The notes under the pieces were generated by a model, which did no database searches, was not told where the DNA came from, and worked only from the letters and a program-made list of their open reading frames with translations. Both the position numbers and the translations under genes were made by a program. Of a stretch of DNA of 64,000 nt, positions 27,069-34,341 are shown piece after piece. Within the stretch, counting starts at the first letter, position 1. The number at the start of each line of letters is the position of its first letter. The DNA comes from a virus: the IMG/VR virus record IMGVR_UViG_3300045988_083449, positions 1 through 64,000 of that record; one strand, given 5' to 3'.

Positions 27069-27161
27069 TGCAGAGGGAGAGATTTGAACTCTCAATGCCG
27101 ATCTGATCGTGCTTCGATTCACGCCATGTCGTCGGTGTTTCGCCTTCCTAACAGCCTCTGC
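27069..27161 (-). tRNA. atypical 93-nt tRNA-like gene (identity undetermined)
   Basis: Perfect 7-bp acceptor GCAGAGG/CCTCTGC (8 bp if the flanking T-A pair is counted). Canonical T-arm GAGAG-TTCAAAT-CTCTC. D-arm GTT-AGGAAGGCGA-AAC. The central 40 nt do not fold as a normal anticodon arm. Confidence 0.5.
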
Positions 27162-27178
27162 ATTTAATCGTTACATGA

Positions 27179-27250
27179 TTCGGAGGGTGGGACTCGAACC
27201 CACGACACACCCTTATTAAAGGCCGCTCTTGCCGACTGAGCTACCTCCGA
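27179..27250 (-). tRNA. tRNA with a non-canonical anticodon arm (loop TAATA or TTAATAA; anticodon uncertain)
   Basis: Acceptor TCGGAGG/CCTCCGA, D-arm GCTC-AGTCGGCAA-GAGC and T-arm GTGGG-TTCGAGT-CCCAC are all canonical. The anticodon region GCCTT-TAATA-AGGGT is 2 nt short of the standard 17 nt. No encoded CCA. Confidence 0.55.
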
Positions 27251-27435
27251 CCGTTCGTATTTCCTTCAACAAAATGGCGCCTGTTGCCGGTCATACAGGA
27301 CTGTCAGAGGCCAACCGACAGACCTTACACAGATGTTCGCTACACACCTGCACACCACCTCAAAAACCTACACGGACTCCGAGACACAAGCCTTGCGAGA
27401 CCTATATGTCTCGGATAGTGCAGGTCAACTCCTAG

Positions 27436-27510
27436 TGGAGCGGGTAGAGAGACTCGAACTCTCGTCAACGGCTTGGAAGGCCGTTGTTCTACCAGTTGAA
27501 CCATACCCGC
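27436..27510 (-). tRNA. tRNA-Gly (anticodon UCC), CCA encoded
   Basis: GCGGGTA TG GTTC-AACTGGTA-GAAC A ACGGC-CTTCCAA-GCCGT TGAC GAGAG-TTCGAGT-CTCTC TACCCGC T CCA. Confidence 0.9.
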
Positions 27511-27518
27511 AACAACCT

Positions 27519-27608
27519 TGGTCGGAAGGGATGGATTTGAACCACCGAGTCACCACTAGGGGAAACGGATTTACAGTCCGCCGCTTTCAACCGCTCAGCC
27601 ACCTTCCG
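27519..27608 (-). tRNA. tRNA-Tyr (anticodon GUA), bacterial type II with a long variable arm, CCA encoded
   Basis: CGGAAGG TG GCT-GAGCGGTTGAA-AGC G GCGGA-CTGTAAA-TCCGT, 18-nt variable arm, GGTGG-TTCAAAT-CCATC CCTTCCG A CCA. Confidence 0.9.
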
Positions 27609-27648
27609 ATTTAGTTTTAAACCCCCTGTGTATCAAGAGGCTTAAAAC

Positions 27649-27680
27649 TGAGGTCTGTAAAGGTGAAAAACAGACCTCAG
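27649..27680. promoter_or_regulatory. strong hairpin just upstream of the tRNA cluster
   Basis: CTGAGGTCTGT / ACAGACCTCAG 11-bp perfect stem with a 10-nt loop. On the minus strand it is followed by TTTTAA. Confidence 0.5.
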
Positions 27681-27699
27681 AGTGGAAATACAACTTTCT

Positions 27700-27967
27700 T
27701 TACTGAAGTTACTTAATGTGATTCCTTTCATTAAGTAACGTAATAATAGTAACGTTAAAGGAAATAAATGTAAAGCTCAAGGTAATAGTGATTACCCTAA
27801 TAACGACATAACTTATTGAATTTTAAATAATTAAAGACGAAATAATCTCTAATAACTATAAATAGTTATTACTGTAATTAAGAGAAATATTTATCTGTAG
27901 AAATGTTTAATTGTTTCTACGATACTGTAGTAACGTTTCTCGGATTACATATCGGAATGTAATCCGA
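27700..27967. repeat. AT-rich cluster of inverted and direct repeats (candidate origin / operator / packaging region)
   Basis: Inverted repeats: 27708-27739 (11 bp), GGTAAT/ATTACC near 27781-27796, 27850-27871 (10 bp), 27897-27920 (7 bp), 27940-27967 (11 bp). Direct repeat AGTAACGT at 27734, 27748 and 27929. Confidence 0.5.
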
Positions 27968-28373
27968 CCTGCACTTCGCCCTACCCAGCCGAGACTAGGT
28001 TAGGGCACAGGTCAAATCACATCAGGAGATTTTTCAACCTCTCCTGTGGGTTCCTGCTGTAGAGCTCGTTGGTGCTCGGCTCCGCTCTGCACCAGTCCTT
28101 TGGGGTCTCTACTCAACCTCTCCCAAGATAGCTAATCACTCAAAGGCCAGTCGTTCACACCACCACTCCTTTGAACTTTTGCTATCGGCTTCGGACAATT
28201 CCCAAGTAGCCTTGTAATTCATCGACCTCCGTCTACAGTTCATCACTGCTTACCGAATCGACGTTCTCATTATAGGTATTAAGTGAAATGAATGTAATGC
28301 TTAATGTTTAGGTATTTACCCATATATAGCAGTTTTCAAACGATATTTTTGTGTCTAAGTCATTCTCTCTTTT

Positions 28374-30287
28374 ATGACTAGCGCTTGGTTTGATTACAGA
28401 AATCAAAGCTCACCGAATCAACATATTGCGTTCGTAACTGATCTGTCTCAGCATCAGACGGCTTTGATGAATTATCAGGACATCTCTGATCTTCTGACTG
28501 AAGATCAAGAGAGGAGACTTGTTGATTATGTGAAGGTAATCAGCGAAATGTCCTATGACTCTATCTCGAAACGTTACGACCACTGGAAGGAAAGTGACCG
28601 TGCTCACGACTTGTATGTTCCGCCGGATGCAACACGCTTCAGAAACAAGGTGGTGATTGCAGATACCCGTGCAATTAGTGACACGGTGCTGACGTACTTC
28701 ATGGCGGCTATCACCGGGCGTAATCCAATGTTCCAGCTAGAGGGGCTTAATCGAGAGTCTAGAAAGGCTTCTGCGTTGCTGGAAAGGGTACTGCACCAGC
28801 AGATGCGTAAAACTGCGGCAGACGCTCATTTAGCCATGCTCTTCCTAGATTCAATTCGGTATGGCTTCGCACCTACAAAGGTTGTGTGGTCAGACAAGCT
28901 CAACACGAACCTGCTGATCAACGCCGACCCGAGAAAGACATTCCCTGACCCGAGAGTTCAAGCAGGTGATGTGCAGAATATGCAGTTCATTGTGTTCTCC
29001 GAACACGCCTCAGGGTCAGCCTTGGTAAGAACAGGTCTCTATCCGAAGTTAATCAAATATCCTCGGATGCTTGAGAACGATATTGAATGCGCTGGTTGGA
29101 GCAGCCATACGTGGCACAAGGAGGAAGGCAATGGGTGGAATATCAATCAAACCGAGATTAACGACAGTAACGACGTGGGCTACTTCCGTGTGGGCAAGAG
29201 TCATGTCGTGGACGAAGCATGGATTGTGTTCAACGGGGCTGACATCGGTATGCCAGGACTCGGACAAGTGTGGATGGTTGTGGCGATTTTGGACGAGCGT
29301 TTCGTCATTCGTTGCCAACTTAATCCGTATGGTCAGAGCTTTCCTTGTGCGATTGGAGGATTTGGGTTCGATAGTCATAAGACACATCAGCAATCCCTTT
29401 ACGATCTGCTTTTACCTTTACATAACCTTGGCACTTGGCTGCTTCGTTCTCGCATTGACAACGTACAGTCCGCTTTAAACAACCTTATCTTCGTTGACCC
29501 GCAACGTGTAGCGGTTCACGACTTGATTAACCGAAACCCTTGGGGTGTCGTTAGAACACTTCCGGGCACAAAACCTGGAGATGGCATTCAGATTGCACAG
29601 ATACCTGACGTTACTCGTGGACATTGGCAGGATATACAGCTCTTGGGTGACATGAAGCAGAGACTTTCCGCCGCTTCTGACGCTCAACAGGGTATGCCGA
29701 CATCCGACGGCATCCGTTCCGCCACTGAAATCTCACGATTGACCCAGTTAGGTAGCCAACGACTTGGTGTTCTGTCTCGGATTATTTCTGCAACAACGAT
29801 ACGTCCTATCGTCCGAATGATGGTAAGCAACGTACAGGATGCGTTGCGTTTCAATACGTCGTTGCGAGTGTCCGAGACAGATGCCAATACGATCTTCGCT
29901 TCTATGTCTGAGGATGGTTATGTGGATATTGACCAGAATATGCTGGAAGGCGATGTTGAATACCTTGTTGTAGACGGAACACTGCCAGTTGAACCGACAC
30001 GTTCTCCTGAAACTTGGTTGCAGATTATGCAGGTTGTCGGTCAGGCAGGTATGCAGATGGAATACGACATGGGAAGATTGGTTGAAGAGTCTATCCGTGC
30101 AATGGGTGTTCCCGATATTGACCAATTCAAGATTGATCAGAAGCGTCAAGCTCGTGAAGGTCTTACTCCGTCTCAGAAGATGGCGATTATGGAGAAGATG
30201 CGAGGTCAGTCTTCCGTCATGCCGCAGGAACAAATCGAACAGGAAGTTATGAAAGGGAACCTCGTTCCCATGAAGGATGCAATGTAA
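28374..30287 (+). CDS. portal protein (putative)
   Basis: 637-aa first gene of the morphogenesis operon. Size and position are typical of portals. This is a recollection-level resemblance only and no named motif was found. Confidence 0.6.
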   Translation: MTSAWFDYRNQSSPNQHIAFVTDLSQHQTALMNYQDISDLLTEDQERRLVDYVKVISEMSYDSISKRYDHWKESDRAHDLYVPPDATRFRNKVVIADTRAISDTVLTYFMAAITGRNPMFQLEGLNRESRKASALLERVLHQQMRKTAADAHLAMLFLDSIRYGFAPTKVVWSDKLNTNLLINADPRKTFPDPRVQAGDVQNMQFIVFSEHASGSALVRTGLYPKLIKYPRMLENDIECAGWSSHTWHKEEGNGWNINQTEINDSNDVGYFRVGKSHVVDEAWIVFNGADIGMPGLGQVWMVVAILDERFVIRCQLNPYGQSFPCAIGGFGFDSHKTHQQSLYDLLLPLHNLGTWLLRSRIDNVQSALNNLIFVDPQRVAVHDLINRNPWGVVRTLPGTKPGDGIQIAQIPDVTRGHWQDIQLLGDMKQRLSAASDAQQGMPTSDGIRSATEISRLTQLGSQRLGVLSRIISATTIRPIVRMMVSNVQDALRFNTSLRVSETDANTIFASMSEDGYVDIDQNMLEGDVEYLVVDGTLPVEPTRSPETWLQIMQVVGQAGMQMEYDMGRLVEESIRAMGVPDIDQFKIDQKRQAREGLTPSQKMAIMEKMRGQSSVMPQEQIEQEVMKGNLVPMKDAM

Positions 30288-31393
30288 TGGCAGAAACAAA
30301 ACCGATTGGTGAACAGCTACGATTCCTTTCCGCAAAGACGGGAGATCACGAACTTGATGCGTACTTAGAGGCGTGTGAAATCGGAAGTCGTCCAGTTTAT
30401 GACTTGTTGGAGGAAATTTTCTCAGACACCACAGGCCACGTAAGACCTGACTTCATTCGCTTACGTGTAGGAGGGGACTTCCAGCTTCAGATTCGAGCTG
30501 GTCAGTATGACGAGGATGGAGAAGGATGGCAGAACACAGGAGCTTTCTTTGCAAAGTTCCGTGGAAACTGGACACCTAACACTGCTTACCATGCTACGGA
30601 CTATGTGGTTATCGAGAACATCGTTCAAATTTGTACAGAAGATCACACTTCAGCGCTGTTGCCGAACCGACAGAAGTTCATTGCGCTGGTCGGTGCTCCA
30701 TCGTTAGGTGCTTTATCTCAGGTCACGCCTACAGCGGACACGTTAGTCTTCTTCACGGGCGACAATTCCTCCGCTTTATGTACGCTTACACCGTATGCCC
30801 GACAGCTTTTAGATGATAGAAATCCCGCAGAAATGAGAGGCACCCTGCAACTGGGTGACTTCGCTACGGAAAATCATAACGGTTGTAAGGCAATCAGGAT
30901 GATTGAGCCTCTGACGTTAAATGATGACCCGATAGTTCCGCTTCATGCTGCGACGAAGCAGTATGTTGACCGCTTAATCCAAGAACTTGATGCAAAGAAA
31001 GAAGACGGATTAGGTTACACACCGCTCGATTCAGCGGGGGGAACTATGACAGGCCCTCTCTATGCGGCTAGAGAACCTGAGTCTGCGACAGAAGTAGCAA
31101 CAAAAGCATACGTTGACGGACGAATCAACGAAGCTGATTACCTTGACTTAGCGACAGGGGGAACGGTAAACGGCCCTGTAACGATCAAAGCAGGTAACAA
31201 CACATTTACGGTCAGTCCTAACGGGATTACCTACAACGGAAAGAACCTTACGTGGGACGGAAACCTTACAAAGGAACAGGTCATTAGAGCTTTGGGCTAT
31301 ACACCGCTTCCTGATACCAACCCAACCATTCATGGCAACGCTTATTGCGAAGGACAGTTACGAGCAAGAGGCGACATTATTGCCTTTACCTAG
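30287..31393 (+). CDS. virion fibre-like protein
   Basis: Repeated fibre motifs PLHAATKQYVD, EVATKAYVDG and GGTMTGPL / GGTVNGPV. The N-terminal ~90 aa are paralogous to the N-terminus of 46593..48134. Confidence 0.55.
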   Translation: MAETKPIGEQLRFLSAKTGDHELDAYLEACEIGSRPVYDLLEEIFSDTTGHVRPDFIRLRVGGDFQLQIRAGQYDEDGEGWQNTGAFFAKFRGNWTPNTAYHATDYVVIENIVQICTEDHTSALLPNRQKFIALVGAPSLGALSQVTPTADTLVFFTGDNSSALCTLTPYARQLLDDRNPAEMRGTLQLGDFATENHNGCKAIRMIEPLTLNDDPIVPLHAATKQYVDRLIQELDAKKEDGLGYTPLDSAGGTMTGPLYAAREPESATEVATKAYVDGRINEADYLDLATGGTVNGPVTIKAGNNTFTVSPNGITYNGKNLTWDGNLTKEQVIRALGYTPLPDTNPTIHGNAYCEGQLRARGDIIAFT

Positions 31394-31401
31394 GAGAACC
31401 G

Positions 31402-31560
31402 ATGGAGAAAAACAAGATTCAGATTGAGATCACCAACGATCAAGCTCGTAGAGCGTTAGCCGTACTTTCTCAGGGAAAGTATTCGGAAGTCGCAGACGTT
31501 ATTTCTGCAATAGTCCTTGGCCTCAAGAACAAGGTTAAAGGGAAGGATGACGAAGACTAA
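31402..31560 (+). CDS. small hypothetical protein (52 aa)
   Basis: AGGAGAA RBS 5 nt before ATG 31402. The stop overlaps the next ATG (TAATG). Confidence 0.45.
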   Translation: MEKNKIQIEITNDQARRALAVLSQGKYSEVADVISAIVLGLKNKVKGKDDED

Positions 31561-31823
31561 TGGAGCCCGTTACGAAACAAGACCTAGCTGAGATCAACCA
31601 TAAGCTCGACGGCCTTACCGAGCTCATGGAACGCCTGACAAGACAGGAAGAACGGAATAGTTCTCACAGCCGACGAATTGAGAACCTTGAAAAAGGATTG
31701 TCTGAGGTGAAAGCTGAGTGTGCAAGTATCTCCTCCCAGTTGGAGAAGATCGTTAATCGCCTTTGGGGTGTGGCTTTCGTCCTCTCCTTAGGTTTTACTT
31801 TATTGCAAGTATTCCTTAAGTAA
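31560..31823 (+). CDS. coiled-coil protein with a C-terminal TM anchor (lysis-cassette associated)
   Basis: C-terminal LWGVAFVLSLGFTLLQVFL. Immediately upstream of the holin-like and endolysin genes. Confidence 0.45.
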   Translation: MEPVTKQDLAEINHKLDGLTELMERLTRQEERNSSHSRRIENLEKGLSEVKAECASISSQLEKIVNRLWGVAFVLSLGFTLLQVFLK

Positions 31824-31825
31824 TC

Positions 31826-32371
31826 ATGCTGTCAATCCTGTCCGCCATCTTCGGATTCTTAGCCCCGTTTATTCCTGAGGTTATTAAGACCTACCAACGT
31901 CATCAGGACGATAAACACGAGTTGGAGATGTTTCGCCTTCGTGTTGAACAGGCCGAGAAGGAGCACCTGTATCGCATGGACGAGATCGGTGCAATGGCAG
32001 ACATTAACGAGACAGTTGCCATCCATCGGGAATCTCCGACAACTGGAATCCAACTGGTTGATACCGTTCGACAATGGACGGAAGGAGCATGGTACTCCCC
32101 GATCATTATGGTTCCAGGGTTCTTTATCTACGCTCTATTAGACGTTCTCAATACGCTAGTAAGACCCGCCGTTACCTACGGCATGATCTTTATGTACTGC
32201 TTGGTTAAGTACGGTTTGTACCTTGAAGCTATGAAAAACGGTATGCCGTTGGAAAGCACCGTACAACTCCTTTGGTCTGAAGATGATCTTGCAGTCCTGA
32301 CGCTTGTTCTTTCCTATTGGTTTGGCGCAAGAAGTGCAAAGCAATTCTTAAAGGGTAAGTCCATTGAGTAA
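31826..32371 (+). CDS. holin-like multi-TM membrane protein
   Basis: At least three hydrophobic helices. Directly precedes and overlaps the endolysin gene. Resembles 3-TM GTA-type holins (recollection only). Confidence 0.5.
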   Translation: MLSILSAIFGFLAPFIPEVIKTYQRHQDDKHELEMFRLRVEQAEKEHLYRMDEIGAMADINETVAIHRESPTTGIQLVDTVRQWTEGAWYSPIIMVPGFFIYALLDVLNTLVRPAVTYGMIFMYCLVKYGLYLEAMKNGMPLESTVQLLWSEDDLAVLTLVLSYWFGARSAKQFLKGKSIE

Positions 32372-32861
32372 GTTGCCGGATGAAGTTCACGAGAAAGTAT
32401 CTTCACTAGCAAAGCCGTTTGAGAAACTAGAACGTCTTGGAAAGGACGGACTTGTTTACGCATACCACGACCCTGTTGGGTATCCGACTATTGGGTATGG
32501 GCATCTTCTTTCCCGTAAGCGTTACGAAGACCTAAAGAAGTTCAAGCCGATTGAAAGAGAAGTAGCCGAAGCTCTCCTTCAAAAAGACATCGAGAAGGCA
32601 GGACTAGCTGTCTCACGACTTCTAAAAACAGAGGTGGATGTCGATCAGTTCTCAGCTCTAACTGACTTCGCATTCAATGTGGGTGCGGGAAATCTACAAA
32701 TTTCAACGTTGCTAAAGAAGGTTAATAGACGAGATTTTGAGGGAGCTGCTTTGGAGTTTCCCAAGTGGATTTATTCAAACGGGATAAAACTCAGAGGACT
32801 TCTCAGAAGGAGACTTGCTGAGCAAAAGATGTTTTTAGGAGAGACGAGTGACGAAGGATGA
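32364..32861 (+). CDS. endolysin, GH24 (T4-type) lysozyme
   Basis: FEKLERLGKDGLVYAYHDPVGYPTIGYGHLL matches the E...D..G..TIGYGH catalytic signature, and FAFNVGAGNL is also present. Confidence 0.85.
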   Translation: MSKLPDEVHEKVSSLAKPFEKLERLGKDGLVYAYHDPVGYPTIGYGHLLSRKRYEDLKKFKPIEREVAEALLQKDIEKAGLAVSRLLKTEVDVDQFSALTDFAFNVGAGNLQISTLLKKVNRRDFEGAALEFPKWIYSNGIKLRGLLRRRLAEQKMFLGETSDEG

Positions 32862-33120
32862 TTTGACGGCAGTAGACCCGATGATCGTAAAGAAGGTTGG
32901 GTATTTAAAAGAGTTTGTTAATTCCGACGGATGGAAACTCATTAAAGAGGAAATCCGAAAACAAATCTACGATCATACGGTTGCCTTCGGCTCCAAGGCT
33001 GAAATGTCTATCCATGAAATTGATTACCGCCGTGGAGCGTTACTCACACTCAATGGCTTTCTCAGCTATCCCGACAATCTTCTTGAATCTTTAGAGAACC
33101 AATTACCGCTTAACGAATAG
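32848..33120 (+). CDS. hypothetical protein (90 aa)
   Basis: ORF between the endolysin and scaffold-like genes, with a 14-nt overlap upstream. Confidence 0.45.
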   Translation: MTKDDLTAVDPMIVKKVGYLKEFVNSDGWKLIKEEIRKQIYDHTVAFGSKAEMSIHEIDYRRGALLTLNGFLSYPDNLLESLENQLPLNE

Positions 33121-33131
33121 GAGAGACACGA

Positions 33132-34202
33132 ATGGACGGTACAGATCAGGACATCATTAACCAACTTTCTAACCAGCTTTTAGGAGGAGCCGCAGGTCAA
33201 CAAGCTCCTGTCTCCACACCTCCGCAGGAGGCCACACCACAGCCTGAGGTGCCTACGGAACCTCCTAAAGCTGACCCTAATCCCACAGCTATTGAACAGG
33301 CAACTAAGCAGGGTGAGCCAAAGGACGGAGAAGGTGAATCTCCAATTGATATTTACGATATCAAAATGAAGGACGGTAACGTCCAGCAATTCACTCAGGC
33401 TCAGATCGCAAACACGATGGAACGTTATGCAAGTCTGAACTCCCGGATGTTGGATAACAAAGATGTGCTCGACTTCGCTTCTCGTATCACTGAACAAGCT
33501 AAGAAGAACGGCTACACGCCTAAGGCTGGTGAGGTTGCGTCATTTCTTCAGGAAGCTGTAAAGGCATATACAAAGAACCCAACAATGGGCAATGTCGAAA
33601 AGAAACAACAGAATCCTGCCGACGGTCAGGAGGGGAAACCTGCACAGCCTCCTGCGGATGATGCCCTTGCCAACTGGGAACGTGATAATGGTTTGAAACT
33701 TCCGCCTGGCTTTAGAGAACAGAACCAGGCAATGCAGAAGATGGCCCAGCAACTTCAGCAGATGCAACAGATGCTTGTTCAGATGCAGAACGGCGGAGCA
33801 CAGTCTGCACAGCAAGGTCAACAGGCTCTCCAACAGGCACAGAAGACACAGGCAAACACCCAGCAGATGCAAGTGAAAATGAACCTGAAAGAAGCCGCCA
33901 ACACTAACGGAGTACCTGATGAACGAGCTAATGACTTCATGCTGTTTGCTATGCAACGTGGCTATACACCCGCCGACTTCCTTGACCCGCAGGTTGCCAA
34001 CACATTGATGGCCGACTTCAGAGCAAACATGGATGCACCTGAAATTGCACGTCTGCGTGGCGTAATGGAACGCCGACAGGCATATACGGGAAATCCGACA
34101 GGAACTCCCTCTAATGCTGGTGCAGGAATCCCGCCTCAAGTGAGCCCTGATCAGCAGTTTATGAACGACTACATCAAGAAGGTTATGGCTAGTCGGATGT
34201 AG
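33132..34202 (+). CDS. scaffolding-like protein (Q/P/A-rich)
   Basis: Low-complexity, helical, Q-rich 356-aa protein immediately upstream of the capsid gene. Positional call. Confidence 0.5.
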   Translation: MDGTDQDIINQLSNQLLGGAAGQQAPVSTPPQEATPQPEVPTEPPKADPNPTAIEQATKQGEPKDGEGESPIDIYDIKMKDGNVQQFTQAQIANTMERYASLNSRMLDNKDVLDFASRITEQAKKNGYTPKAGEVASFLQEAVKAYTKNPTMGNVEKKQQNPADGQEGKPAQPPADDALANWERDNGLKLPPGFREQNQAMQKMAQQLQQMQQMLVQMQNGGAQSAQQGQQALQQAQKTQANTQQMQVKMNLKEAANTNGVPDERANDFMLFAMQRGYTPADFLDPQVANTLMADFRANMDAPEIARLRGVMERRQAYTGNPTGTPSNAGAGIPPQVSPDQQFMNDYIKKVMASRM

Positions 34203-34226
34203 TAAATAAAAATTTTTATACGAAAG

Positions 34227-34252
34227 GAGCAGTTTTCCCACTGCTCTTTTTG
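34227..34252 (+). terminator. rho-independent terminator/attenuator before the capsid gene
   Basis: GAGCAGT-TTTCCC-ACTGCTC followed by TTTTT. Confidence 0.65.
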
Positions 34253-34341
34253 TTTAAAGGGAATATGTGCTTTGTCGATTTCGATGGAGCAAACGAACTC
34301 CTGAAATCAATTGAAAAATTCATTAAGGAGATATTCACTTT

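Noticed and set aside
27251-27435. A fifth canonical tRNA in the cluster
   Set aside because: There is no TTCRANY T-loop, and no acceptor pairing of 7 bp at tRNA-like distance. The three hairpins have the wrong stem and loop sizes. I report it only as a structured spacer.
29748-30335. 195-aa minus-strand ORF
   Set aside because: It is antisense to the 3' end of the portal gene and is H/L/R-rich with no RBS. The plus-strand gene is continuous and operonic.
33540-34241. 233-aa minus-strand ORF rich in L/H/C
   Set aside because: It mirrors the Q-rich (CAG/CAA) scaffold-like gene on the opposite strand. This is a low-complexity antisense artefact.
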